DNA of 64,000 nucleotides from Nanobdellota archaeon (GTDB lineage Archaea; Nanobdellota; Nanobdellia; Parvarchaeales; Parvarchaeaceae). The position numbers and the translations under genes are program-made. Where the stretch lies: positions 6,814 to 70,813 of the forward strand of contig JAKAAG010000001.1 of assembly GCA_021797085.1 (NCBI GenBank), in the 5' to 3' direction. Under the pieces are notes generated by a model, which did no database searches, was not told where the DNA came from, and saw only the letters and a program-made list of their open reading frames with translations. Position 1 is the stretch's first letter. Every line of letters begins with the position of its first letter. Below are positions 47,068-56,473 of this stretch, in pieces.

Positions 47068-49203
47068 TTAAAGAAATACCTTTCTGTCAAGCAGGGTATT
47101 TTCATTTTTATGGAGATATGAGTAAACCTTCTGTGCAACGCCCCTCCCTAACAATGAGCTTAAGCGTTCTAATCCTGCTTCCTTTAATAATTTTAAAGAG
47201 GTTATTCCAGAAGAATAAAGCTTTCTTGCTCTTACTCTTCCTATCTCCGGCACGGATACCAATGGTATCAATTCCTTTTTTATGCCATTTTTTATCCTTA
47301 TGCTCATCTCATTTATTTCTCTTTTTCTTAACTGCATTACCTTGCTGATTTCACTTAATGAATAAACAAGCCATTTTGTGTTCTCAAGTATGTTGTAGAA
47401 CTCCCCTGGCAAAAGACCGTATTCCTCTTCCATATATTTTTCATTCTTCTCAGAAATCCAGTCCTGCATAACGTGTGCCATCTTTATTGCTGATATGAAT
47501 CTGTCATAGTCTACAATGTTCTCATCTGCTGATAAGTCAAGTTCATAGCTTTCTTCTTCGTATTTCTGGAATTCCTTTTGGTTTACACGTATGTTTCTGA
47601 ATTCCTCGCTGCAGAATATTACGTGCAATAAATCCAACTCTTCAATGTTTTCCTTCTTCCTTATCCTTTCAATGAATTTTATGAACAATGAACCGGTCAA
47701 TGGATCTATATAAAGTGAGTTTACAAGCTTGCCCATTCTGGTAACCTCAATTTTGTCGTTCTTGCCGGTTATAAAATCATTTTCTTCCAAAAATGAAATG
47801 GCATCGTCTATCTTGTCATATACATCTATTCCGCTGAAATGCATAAAGGTTTCATCAAAGAAATTTGAAACGCTGTCTTCTTTGTCGTATATTCCCAGGC
47901 AGAATAGATTCAAGGTATATTTCCTTATTGCTATCTCACTGTTGAATTTAGATGTTATCGGTTCTATCTCTCCGCTGAAGTACTTTTCTTCTATTATATC
48001 TAATTCGCCTTCATTTCTTGCAACGACTATTGCATTCCCTTCCTTATCGTATTTCGGTCTTCCTGCCCTGCCCATCATCTGCTCAACCTCTATTGTTGGA
48101 AGAAGTTCCATGCCATAATCCCCATATCTTCGTATTGAATTTATGATAACTGTATTAGCAGGAAGGTTTACACCCATAGCCAGTGTCGGAGTGGCTACTA
48201 TGAATTTTATCAGTCCATTTTTAAAGTTGTCCTCTATAAGCTTTCTCTGCTTATTTACTAGGCCGGCGTGATGGAATGCGACACCCTGCTTTACAAGATC
48301 ACTGAGCAGTTCGCACTGCGTTGTAGGCCTTTCAAGCACGTTCAATACTTCTTTTGAAACAGAAAGAAGCCTTTTCTTGTCATATTCTGAAAGCTTGTTT
48401 CCTATTATTGATGCAATTGTCTTTGCATTTGCAACGACTGTTCTTTTATTCTGCGAAAACACTAGAGCCTGTTTATTGTTCTTAAAAAGCCATGAACTTA
48501 TATTTGAAAGCGGATCCTCGTAACCGCTGTTTAATTTTTCCACGCTTCCGTTTATAAGCTCTCCTTCAAAGTATTTTTTCTTTGAAAGTTTGACAGGCCT
48601 GAAATCGCTCTTTACAAGCTCAGCCTTCAGCCATTCTGCCATATCATCTGCATTACCTATAGTTGCACTTAAACCAATTATTTGTGCATTCGGAAATAGA
48701 AGCTTGTTTAATGTCACAAGAAACTCTAGAGTAGGACCTCTTCCAATGTCTGAAAGCAAATGCACCTCGTCGTAGACTATACAGCCAATATTTCCTATTT
48801 TATGCAGCGAGTTTCTTATTATGCTGTCGAACTTCTCTGTGGAAGCAAAGATTACATCGTACTTGTCTATGTTGTAATCCTTTTCGTTGTAGTCACCTAT
48901 TGAAAGTATTGCTTTTATATCACTGTTCTCCTTCACAAAATCCTCATATTTTTCGGAAATCAATGCCCTTAAAGGTGCAAGGTAAATTGCTTTTTTGCCT
49001 GACAAGAAGGAGTTTAATATTGCCATCTCTGCTATAAGCGTTTTACCTGAAGCAGTCGGCGCTGAAACTATCATGTTCTTTCCAGTAAAAAGCCCTTTTT
49101 TTACCGCATCTGACTGCGGCGGCATGAAATATTCTATTTTTTTCTCTAGTCTTTGATATACGCCATCTGGAATGTAACTCTTCAGCTCACTTAATTTATC
49201 CAT
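47068..49203 (-). CDS. hel308: Ski2-like DNA helicase Hel308
   Basis: PTASGKT, DEVH, LSAT, AFHHAGL, TPTLAMGVNLPA, QMMGRAGRP, C-terminal GRVRARKLY. Confidence 0.93.
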   Translation of the reverse strand: MDKLSELKSYIPDGVYQRLEKKIEYFMPPQSDAVKKGLFTGKNMIVSAPTASGKTLIAEMAILNSFLSGKKAIYLAPLRALISEKYEDFVKENSDIKAILSIGDYNEKDYNIDKYDVIFASTEKFDSIIRNSLHKIGNIGCIVYDEVHLLSDIGRGPTLEFLVTLNKLLFPNAQIIGLSATIGNADDMAEWLKAELVKSDFRPVKLSKKKYFEGELINGSVEKLNSGYEDPLSNISSWLFKNNKQALVFSQNKRTVVANAKTIASIIGNKLSEYDKKRLLSVSKEVLNVLERPTTQCELLSDLVKQGVAFHHAGLVNKQRKLIEDNFKNGLIKFIVATPTLAMGVNLPANTVIINSIRRYGDYGMELLPTIEVEQMMGRAGRPKYDKEGNAIVVARNEGELDIIEEKYFSGEIEPITSKFNSEIAIRKYTLNLFCLGIYDKEDSVSNFFDETFMHFSGIDVYDKIDDAISFLEENDFITGKNDKIEVTRMGKLVNSLYIDPLTGSLFIKFIERIRKKENIEELDLLHVIFCSEEFRNIRVNQKEFQKYEEESYELDLSADENIVDYDRFISAIKMAHVMQDWISEKNEKYMEEEYGLLPGEFYNILENTKWLVYSLSEISKVMQLRKREINEMSIRIKNGIKKELIPLVSVPEIGRVRARKLYSSGITSLKLLKEAGLERLSSLLGRGVAQKVYSYLHKNENTLLDRKVFL

Positions 49204-49274
49204 TAATTTTATTGTATTTAAAGAATAAAAAACATATTATTTTAAGTAATAATACACAAAATTACAGAAACAAC

Positions 49275-50414
49275 ATGAAAGTTCTTTTCTTAGGATGGGA
49301 GTTTCCCCCGCACTCTGTAGGGGGTTTGGGTACTCATTCTTATAATATTGTAAAAGCACTTTCTGAAAAGGGAGTAATAGTAAACGTAATACTCCCATTT
49401 AAGGAGCATAGTGAAATAAAAGGTGTAAATTTCTTAACATTTGAAAGCGAGCTTTTTGAAAGCGTGTACAACCTAAGCACTAAAAAAGAAATAAATGAAA
49501 TGGGCGAAAAAACACTTTACAGAGATGTTTTTAATGAAGTAGAAGAATACAAAAACAAAGCTTTGGAGCTTTCTTCACAAGTAGAGTTTGACGTTATACA
49601 TGCAAATGACTGGGTAACTGGAAGAGCGGCCATAGAGATAAAAAAAAGAACTGGCAAAAAACTGGTGGCAACTATACACAGCACTGAATATGACAGAACC
49701 GCAGGCAAGCCTTGGGAAAGAATAGCAAAGGAAGAAAAAGAATTAATAGACAATGCAGATGTTGTCGTAACTGTAAGCAGACGGCTCAAAGAAGAGATTA
49801 CTGCTTTATACAACGCTGATGAAAGAAAAGTAAGTGTTATCTATAACGCGATTAACCGGGAAAAATTCAATGGAATAAAAAGAGACAGCAACAGAAAGGT
49901 GGTCCTATATGTTGGAAGGTTATCAGTACAAAAAGGGATAGACAACCTGATAAGGGCATTCAAAATAGTATCTAAGAAAAACGATGATGCTTTGCTGTAT
50001 ATAATAGGAGAAGGGCCAGAACTTTCAAATTTGATAAACCTATCTATAAACCTTGATCTTTCCGATAAAGTAATCTTCTTAGGCAGAGTTCCCGATGCAG
50101 AAATGGAAATGCTGTATTCTATTGCAAATGTATTTGTAATGCCTTCCGTGTCTGAACCTTTTGGGATAGTGGCACTTGAAGCAATAGCCTCCAACGTTCC
50201 AACCATAGTGTCCTCTCAGTCAGGAGTTTCTGAAATTATAAAAAACACACTTACAGTGGATTTCTGGGACACGGAACAGATGGCTGATCTGATATTGGGG
50301 TTGCTGGATTACAGTGAAATAAATAAAGAAATGTCAAAAAACGCATACAAAGAACTTGACAGCATTACTTGGGAGAAAGCAGCAGAAAAATTCATAGAAA
50401 CATACAATAAATAA
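49275..50414 (+). CDS. GT4 family glycosyltransferase (glycogen-synthesis-associated type)
   Basis: WEFPP..VGGLG, HANDW, HSTEYDR, PSVSEPFGIVALEA. Confidence 0.9.
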   Translation: MKVLFLGWEFPPHSVGGLGTHSYNIVKALSEKGVIVNVILPFKEHSEIKGVNFLTFESELFESVYNLSTKKEINEMGEKTLYRDVFNEVEEYKNKALELSSQVEFDVIHANDWVTGRAAIEIKKRTGKKLVATIHSTEYDRTAGKPWERIAKEEKELIDNADVVVTVSRRLKEEITALYNADERKVSVIYNAINREKFNGIKRDSNRKVVLYVGRLSVQKGIDNLIRAFKIVSKKNDDALLYIIGEGPELSNLINLSINLDLSDKVIFLGRVPDAEMEMLYSIANVFVMPSVSEPFGIVALEAIASNVPTIVSSQSGVSEIIKNTLTVDFWDTEQMADLILGLLDYSEINKEMSKNAYKELDSITWEKAAEKFIETYNK

Positions 50415-50459
50415 AGCGGTCTAAACAAACTTTATTAATACTTGTTTCTTAGAATAATA

Positions 50460-51716
50460 ATGAATATAGACTTAACGTTTGAATACATAGTCCTTTCGAT
50501 AGCATTGGGTGCAATATTCGGCCTTGAAAATGAATACAGAATGCAAAAAGGCGTAAAGATATTTATGGGCTTCAGAACATCAATATTCATTGCCCTTTTG
50601 GGTGACATCTTTGCCATTTTCTATGATATTTTTAAATATCCGCCTGTTATCATAACAGGATTTGCAGTTATGATTGCCTTTTCAAGCGCAATCTACTTTG
50701 AAAAGAATGCAAAGACAAGGAATCCGGGCGCAACGACATACATAAGCTCTATGATACTTTTTTTGTCGGGAATGCTTGTAGGATTAGGTTACTATGAATA
50801 TGCAATAGTCATAGTTATATTAATAACTGCAATAAGCTTCTACAAAAGAGAATTCCTTTATTTCATAACATCAATAAAGAAAAGCGAGATGATAGCAGCT
50901 ATAAACTTATTGATAATATCCTTTGTTATACTTCCTCTGCTTCCAAACACATACATGGGCCCATATGGCTTCTTTAACCCCTTCCAGTTCTGGCTTCTGG
51001 TGGCATTGGTAGGAACTGTATTTTTCCTGCAGTATGCCATACTTAGAGTATCAAAATCCGGCCTGCTTGTTTCAACTGTAATAGGCAGTTTGATAACTGG
51101 TACTACTATAACCTTTGCTCTTATAAATTTGGGAAACAGGTTCAGAAAACTTGGAAAAGCGGTTGTTTACAATGTTGTAGTCGCGGCAAACATACCCATG
51201 GTTCTTATCCAGGCCCTTCTTATAATATATATAGTAACCCTCTCATCAAAAGTCATCTATTACATGATACCTGTTACTGCAGTTTCAATAATAAGCCTTT
51301 TAATGATATACCTAAGGGGCAAAGATCAAATAAACGAAAAGGCAGAAAGGCCAAACAACCCTTTTCCACTTGTAAAAACACTTGAATTCGCTGCCGTCTT
51401 CTTCGTAGTTCTTTCAGTTTCAAGAATAGTTGCGGTAGTAGCGCCGAATCTACTTATAGTTGACATGTTTTTGTCTGCGCTTGCAAATATAGTAGGTGCT
51501 GCATTTGCTTTGGGAACGCTTTTACTGGATCACCAGATAAGTGCAAGCTATACTGCAATGCTTTTAGGAGTATCAGTATTTGCGGCAATAATAGAAAAGG
51601 GATTTATAGGGTTGATATCAAGGGACAAAAGCACCAGAAATGGAATATTTGGTTATTCCATGCTTGTAGGCCTCCTACTTTTGATAACCCTATTTGTGCA
51701 ATACCATGGAATTTAA
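50460..51716 (+). CDS. MgtC/SapB + DUF4010 membrane protein
   Basis: GAIFGLE, GFRT, GATT, VILPLLPN...GPYGFFNP, NPF. Confidence 0.85.
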   Translation: MNIDLTFEYIVLSIALGAIFGLENEYRMQKGVKIFMGFRTSIFIALLGDIFAIFYDIFKYPPVIITGFAVMIAFSSAIYFEKNAKTRNPGATTYISSMILFLSGMLVGLGYYEYAIVIVILITAISFYKREFLYFITSIKKSEMIAAINLLIISFVILPLLPNTYMGPYGFFNPFQFWLLVALVGTVFFLQYAILRVSKSGLLVSTVIGSLITGTTITFALINLGNRFRKLGKAVVYNVVVAANIPMVLIQALLIIYIVTLSSKVIYYMIPVTAVSIISLLMIYLRGKDQINEKAERPNNPFPLVKTLEFAAVFFVVLSVSRIVAVVAPNLLIVDMFLSALANIVGAAFALGTLLLDHQISASYTAMLLGVSVFAAIIEKGFIGLISRDKSTRNGIFGYSMLVGLLLLITLFVQYHGI

Positions 51717-53139
51717 ATTTGACAAGGAAAGGCTGGAAAAGCTAGAAAGGCTGAAAAAAGAAGGGATAGAACCATACGGCAGTATATTCGATGTAAAGAT
51801 GCATTCTGTTGACATAAAGGAAAACTTTGAAAAACTTGAAGGAAAAGAAACTACAGTAGCGGGCAGGATAATGGCAAAAAGGGACCATGGAAAGATAAAG
51901 TTTATAGACCTGCAGGATGAGGAAGGCAACATACAAATATACTTTTCGGAAAAACACGTTGATGAAGAGTCAATAAAAATTGCTGAGGAACTTGATACCG
52001 GGGATATAATAGGAGTAAATGGCACAATTGTTAAGACAAAGACAAATGAAATATCAGTTGATGCAAAGAAGATAACCATGCTTAGCAAATCCCTATTGCC
52101 AATGCCTTCCAGATGGTATGGACTTGAGGACACGGAAAAAAGGTACCGGAAAAGATACTTAGATTTCATAATAAATAGGGAATCGCTGGAAAAGATAAAA
52201 AAAGGAAGTTTAATGCTTTCCAAGGTAAGAGAGATAATGGAAAAAAGGAGATTTACCGAAGTTACAGTACCAATACTTCAACCCATACCGGGCGGTGCAA
52301 ATGCAAAGCCCTTTATAACCCATTACAATTCATTAGACAGGGATTTTTACCTTAAGATAGCGTCAGAGCTTTACCTTAAACGTCTTCTTGTAGGGGGTTT
52401 TGAAAGGGTCTTCGACATAAGCAAGAACTTTAGAAATGAAGGTGTAGATACCAGACACAACCCCGAATTCATGATGCTAGAGGCATACCAAGCGTATGGT
52501 GATTTAAGTACAATGCTCGAACTTACTGAAGAGATAATAAAAGAATCGGTTTATGCAGCAAATAAAACTTACAAAGTCAAATTTGGAGAAAAGATGATTG
52601 ACCTATCAAAATTCCAGATAAAAACAATGGAAGAAATGGTAAAGGAAAACACTGGAATAAACAGCGAAGAAGAGATTATAAAGAGAGGAAAGCAGCTTGA
52701 CAGCAAGGTAAGTTCATATGGTGAAGCAGTGAATGCCATATTTGAGGCAAAGGTATCAGACAATATAATGGATCCAATATTTGTCACAAGGTTCCCGATT
52801 GAGGTATCGCCTCTCGCAAAGAAAACTTCCGATGATCCAAGGTTTGTATATAGATTTGAACTTTACATAGCAGGCATGGAGATAGCGAATGCCTTTTCAG
52901 AATTAAACGACCCTCTAGACCAGATAAGCAGGTTTGAGGAAGAAGCTAAAAGAAAGAACAGGGGAATTGATGAAACGCAAGAGTTTGATATGGATTTCAT
53001 AGAAGCAATGGGTTATGGAATGCCTCCTGCAGGTGGTGTAGGCATAGGAATAGATAGACTGCAGATGATAGGGACAGATTCAAAAAGCATAAAGGAAGTT
53101 ATACCATTTCCGCAGCTTAGAACCTTTGAAGACCAATAA
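51706..53139 (+). CDS. lysS: Lysyl-tRNA synthetase, class II
   Basis: OB anticodon domain, RYRKRYLD, GGANAKPFITH, FRNEG..HNPEF, YGMPPAGG.GIGIDRL. Confidence 0.96.
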   Translation: MEFKFDKERLEKLERLKKEGIEPYGSIFDVKMHSVDIKENFEKLEGKETTVAGRIMAKRDHGKIKFIDLQDEEGNIQIYFSEKHVDEESIKIAEELDTGDIIGVNGTIVKTKTNEISVDAKKITMLSKSLLPMPSRWYGLEDTEKRYRKRYLDFIINRESLEKIKKGSLMLSKVREIMEKRRFTEVTVPILQPIPGGANAKPFITHYNSLDRDFYLKIASELYLKRLLVGGFERVFDISKNFRNEGVDTRHNPEFMMLEAYQAYGDLSTMLELTEEIIKESVYAANKTYKVKFGEKMIDLSKFQIKTMEEMVKENTGINSEEEIIKRGKQLDSKVSSYGEAVNAIFEAKVSDNIMDPIFVTRFPIEVSPLAKKTSDDPRFVYRFELYIAGMEIANAFSELNDPLDQISRFEEEAKRKNRGIDETQEFDMDFIEAMGYGMPPAGGVGIGIDRLQMIGTDSKSIKEVIPFPQLRTFEDQ

Positions 53140-53192
53140 ATAAAAAATATAAAAAAATAATTAATGTTTTGCTATTTAACTAAAAATAGGAA

Positions 53193-53330
53193 TTACTGTG
53201 TTCCTTTTCTCTTGTTATAGCAGTCTCTGCAGTAAACTGGTCTGCCCTCTTGTGGCTGGAAAGGAACCTCAGTCTCTTTCCCACAATCGGAACATACAGC
53301 TTTATACATTCTTCTTTCGAATTTTGCCAT
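53193..53330 (-). CDS. CxxC-x17-CxxC domain small protein (45 aa; below the ORF-track cutoff)
   Basis: MAKFERRMYKAVCSDCGKETEVPFQPQEGRPVYCRDCYNKRKGTQ; strong AAGGAGG Shine-Dalgarno. Confidence 0.92.
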   Translation of the reverse strand: MAKFERRMYKAVCSDCGKETEVPFQPQEGRPVYCRDCYNKRKGTQ

Positions 53331-53455
53331 ATTCCTCCTTAAGAACGAAGTTTAGAAATCCAATAAGAGAAAGTTTGAATAAACAATAAACTCCTACTAG
53401 AACCCCCTAACATCATTCCTCTACCTTATGTATAAGAACCAGTCTATTTATAAAC

Positions 53456-53782
53456 TTATCTATTGTGGCTAATTAAGTAAAAAACCCAGTTTTTACCTGG
53501 CTCATCCTCTTTGCTCTGATAAGAAGCACTCATAGATTTTACCTCATTGTACAAACTTATGTAGTTTATTATCTTAGCAGTGCCGCTTATCGTTTTGAGG
53601 TTGTCTAAAGTAAGGATTGATTCCGACTTACTTTCCAATACCTTAATTGCACGATCCAAAGCCGCCTTCTCACCAAATTTATTGTAGGTGGAGTAAAGCT
53701 CCTTTTCTAGGCTTACAGAGTAATTCATTGCATCCAATGACTTTATTGCGTCTACTATTTTTTCCAAAGAATTCTTTTCCAT
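53456..53782 (-). CDS. Hypothetical protein
   Basis: 108 aa ORF with GGAGG Shine-Dalgarno and an upstream TTTAAATA box. Confidence 0.65.
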   Translation of the reverse strand: MEKNSLEKIVDAIKSLDAMNYSVSLEKELYSTYNKFGEKAALDRAIKVLESKSESILTLDNLKTISGTAKIINYISLYNEVKSMSASYQSKEDEPGKNWVFYLISHNR

Positions 53783-53848
53783 TTTGCCTCCTTTATCTAA
53801 CAGATAAAAAATAGAACAGTGATATTATTTAAACCTTGTGAATAATAT

Positions 53849-53947
53849 TGGCCTGGCCGAGATTTGGACTCGGGACCCCTGCTTTTCCTAAAATGTTGGA
53901 GCATACTCATATAAGAGCAGTGCTCTACCGGGCTAAGCTACCAGGCC
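53849..53947 (-). tRNA. tRNA-Ile(TAT) with a 25-nt intron at 37/38 (53885-53909)
   Basis: Anticodon arm CTGCT-CTTATA|intron|A-AGCAG; BHB helix CTTA/TAGG; T-loop TCCAAAT. Confidence 0.9.
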
Positions 53948-53997
53948 ATAATGATTACTTTAATAGATACTTCAAATATTTATAATTACCTGATAGT

Positions 53998-54471
53998 TTA
54001 AATGTATTCTTTAACTGCACTGCTGGCAAGGGCTTTCACCGACATATTTTTCATCGAGAATTCAAGTGCTTCTCCAAGAACTGGAACTTCATAGAATCCT
54101 GCTTCTGTGCCCCTAAAACCATAGCTTTCTTCAAGCTCATTCTTGACTTCATTGACTTTATCTGCCTGATAACCGTAGTTCAACAGTATCTCAATGTTTT
54201 CCTTTCCACCTTGATTGTAATCCCTAAAAGCGCTTTTAATAATTGAATAAACTACTCTTCTAAGCTTGTTGTAATTTTCAAAGTACTTTGGATTTATGCA
54301 GTATTTTACTGAATTGCCCATAGAAAACTTGGCATATCTTCTATTGATATTCACTGAGCCATTGCCGCTTCTTTTAGCGGCAGTTAGCAGTAGATCGTAT
54401 AATGGCTTATCCAACTCTTTAATTGCACTTTCATCTGCATTCATTAAAAGATCGTTTAATCGCTGTTCCAT
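53998..54471 (-). CDS. Hypothetical protein
   Basis: ATG at 54471, 1 nt after the upstream stop, gives 157 aa; no motif recognised. Confidence 0.6.
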   Translation of the reverse strand: MEQRLNDLLMNADESAIKELDKPLYDLLLTAAKRSGNGSVNINRRYAKFSMGNSVKYCINPKYFENYNKLRRVVYSIIKSAFRDYNQGGKENIEILLNYGYQADKVNEVKNELEESYGFRGTEAGFYEVPVLGEALEFSMKNMSVKALASSAVKEYI

Positions 54472-54472
54472 T

Positions 54473-55303
54473 TTACATGTAGCCGAAAAGCCTGAGTTTT
54501 TCCATAACTCCTTCTTTGTCCTGTGACCTGCCTGCTCTTTCTTTTGTATGCTCAAGGTCCTGCTCCCATGCCGGCAAATCGCTTGTCTTCTTCGAATCCA
54601 ATTTACCATCTATTGACCTGTACCCCAGTTTATACAAAGGATGCATTGGCAATTGGTACTTGAAAATATATTTCCAAACGTTCCTTTCAGTAAAAGGCAG
54701 TATCGGCTGTACCCTAACATGGTCCGGATGAGTTCTCGGACTTATGAAAACTTCCATGGACCTTGCTTCATTTTCATCCCACCTGACACCAGTGAACAGC
54801 GCATCGAACCTATATTTTTCGATTGCCAGGTTCATCGCAACGGTTTTCAACAAGTGGTTTCCTACTTCTGTTTCCAAACTGTAATCAAACTCTTCTCCAT
54901 TGAATCCTATTCTTTTGGCTTCATCCTGATTAGTTTTATTAAGGCTGCTGAGCTTTATTTTGTTGTCCTTTCCTACGTTTTTTATAACATCCTCATTCTT
55001 TGCGTATACCATCTTAAAGCCCCATTCCTTGCTTATGTCTTCAAGCATCTTCATCGTTTCATCGTAATGCTGCCCGTGATCTATGAATAATGCGGGAGGC
55101 AACTGCATCCCCAAATCCTTACATGCCCTTCTTACAAGATCCAATACCACTGTGCTATCCTTTCCAGCACTCCAAACAACTGTTGGCCTGTTGTATCTTT
55201 TCAATGCATCCTTTATCACTATAAGCGCAATTTCCTCCTTTGCTTCTAAACTTAACCCTCCCTCTATTCTTTGTTTTTTTACAGAATATTGTTCATTTTC
55301 CAT
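54473..55303 (-). CDS. PAPS reductase / sulfate adenylyltransferase subunit 2 (CysD-like) family protein
   Basis: WSAGKDS, FIDHGQH, LKT, GVRWDE..AR, RVQPI, Y..GYRS; lacks a C-terminal ECGLH. Confidence 0.85.
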   Translation of the reverse strand: MENEQYSVKKQRIEGGLSLEAKEEIALIVIKDALKRYNRPTVVWSAGKDSTVVLDLVRRACKDLGMQLPPALFIDHGQHYDETMKMLEDISKEWGFKMVYAKNEDVIKNVGKDNKIKLSSLNKTNQDEAKRIGFNGEEFDYSLETEVGNHLLKTVAMNLAIEKYRFDALFTGVRWDENEARSMEVFISPRTHPDHVRVQPILPFTERNVWKYIFKYQLPMHPLYKLGYRSIDGKLDSKKTSDLPAWEQDLEHTKERAGRSQDKEGVMEKLRLFGYM

Positions 55304-55312
55304 GTTTACCTC

Positions 55313-55534
55313 CTACATATAACCCAGTTTCCTGAGTTTATCCTCAAGATCAAGCACTCGCTCGTCTTTTTCTTCCCCTTTCTTTTTTTCTTCGTTGCTT
55401 TCGGAGACTAGCTCTCTAAGCAGGTATTCTACAAAGCTTGAAAGCGATGTGAAACCAGTTTTCTCTATAAGCTTTTTGGCTTTGTCGGCCAAAGGCTTAG
55501 GTATCGAAACCGTTGTAAATTTTTGTTCGTCCAT
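55313..55534 (-). CDS. Ribbon-helix-helix (CopG/Arc/MetJ) regulator
   Basis: FTTVSIPKPL...TGFTSLSSFVEYLLRE; C-terminal KLRKLGYM. Confidence 0.88.
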   Translation of the reverse strand: MDEQKFTTVSIPKPLADKAKKLIEKTGFTSLSSFVEYLLRELVSESNEEKKKGEEKDERVLDLEDKLRKLGYM

Positions 55535-55605
55535 AATTACTAATAATTATATATAATTAGTAGTATAAATACTTTTCCTTTTAAAAATAGCGAAATAAAA
55601 AATGA

Positions 55606-55935
55606 TTACATTGAAAACAGAATAAAACCTAAAACGATCAATGGCAATGCAATCGCATCACCGTAGAATCCTGAGATGTAAGTCCCTTGTATAAAAGAAG
55701 ATGTAACCAATGCCGGATTCAAAACATACTGGATCAATGTCGCTATATAGCTGGCTGAAATAGCGAGCATTCCTACAAGTATAATACTTAAACCAATTAC
55801 CTTCTTCTTCGGATTTGCAAAAAATAGAACCAAAAACCGCTCCATCTTTCGCATGTTAATGTAGAACATAAAGAAGGCTATGACCCATGCGGCTGCAATC
55901 AAAAGCGCAACAGGAAGTGGAATGCTGAAACTCAT
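55606..55935 (-). CDS. Hypothetical membrane protein
   Basis: 3 TM segments; overlaps the upstream gene (ATGA). Confidence 0.65.
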   Translation of the reverse strand: MSFSIPLPVALLIAAAWVIAFFMFYINMRKMERFLVLFFANPKKKVIGLSIILVGMLAISASYIATLIQYVLNPALVTSSFIQGTYISGFYGDAIALPLIVLGFILFSM

Positions 55936-56420
55936 GAGAACCTCCGGAAGTAATTAAAGTAAAGATCATATGAAAAGCCGGCAACCAAAAGAGACAAAAC
56001 TGCCAGAAGCCAAAAAGCTGCAACCAAACCATATGCCAGGAATATTTGTGTAACCGCATTTACCGCAAAAACTACCGTAGCCAAGAAGCCGAATAAAAGC
56101 AGGATCTCTATTCTCTTGATAAAAACCTTCGAACGTGCTTTATTCAAGAAAAAGCCAGTCCATGGAGCCCTGTCCTTTGCGTGCTTTGCATTGACAAGTA
56201 ATATCAATGCCACAAAAATAACTGTTACCAATGCACCTATCAAGGTTACTATCCTTGCAGTTATCAATGCAATTTCAACGAAGTAGGTAAAACTAACAAT
56301 GCTTATTGGCTTGAATACGACTGAAAAAGAAGCACCTATATCTCCGCCTACTGCTATAACTGCGATTACGCTTACCGCTATAAGAACAATCAAATTAAGC
56401 TTTGTTTGATTAAACTGCAT
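55932..56420 (-). CDS. Hypothetical membrane protein
   Basis: 4 TM segments. Confidence 0.65.
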   Translation of the reverse strand: MQFNQTKLNLIVLIAVSVIAVIAVGGDIGASFSVVFKPISIVSFTYFVEIALITARIVTLIGALVTVIFVALILLVNAKHAKDRAPWTGFFLNKARSKVFIKRIEILLLFGFLATVVFAVNAVTQIFLAYGLVAAFWLLAVLSLLVAGFSYDLYFNYFRRFS

Positions 56421-56473
56421 ATTATCAATTGTCTTTCTAGCAATATAAATTTTAAAACCAAATAAAAAGAAAG

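Noticed and set aside
54472-54609. Extended start of ORF 53998..54609
   Set aside because: It overlaps the conserved C-terminus of the PAPS-family gene; ATG at 54471 is more plausible.
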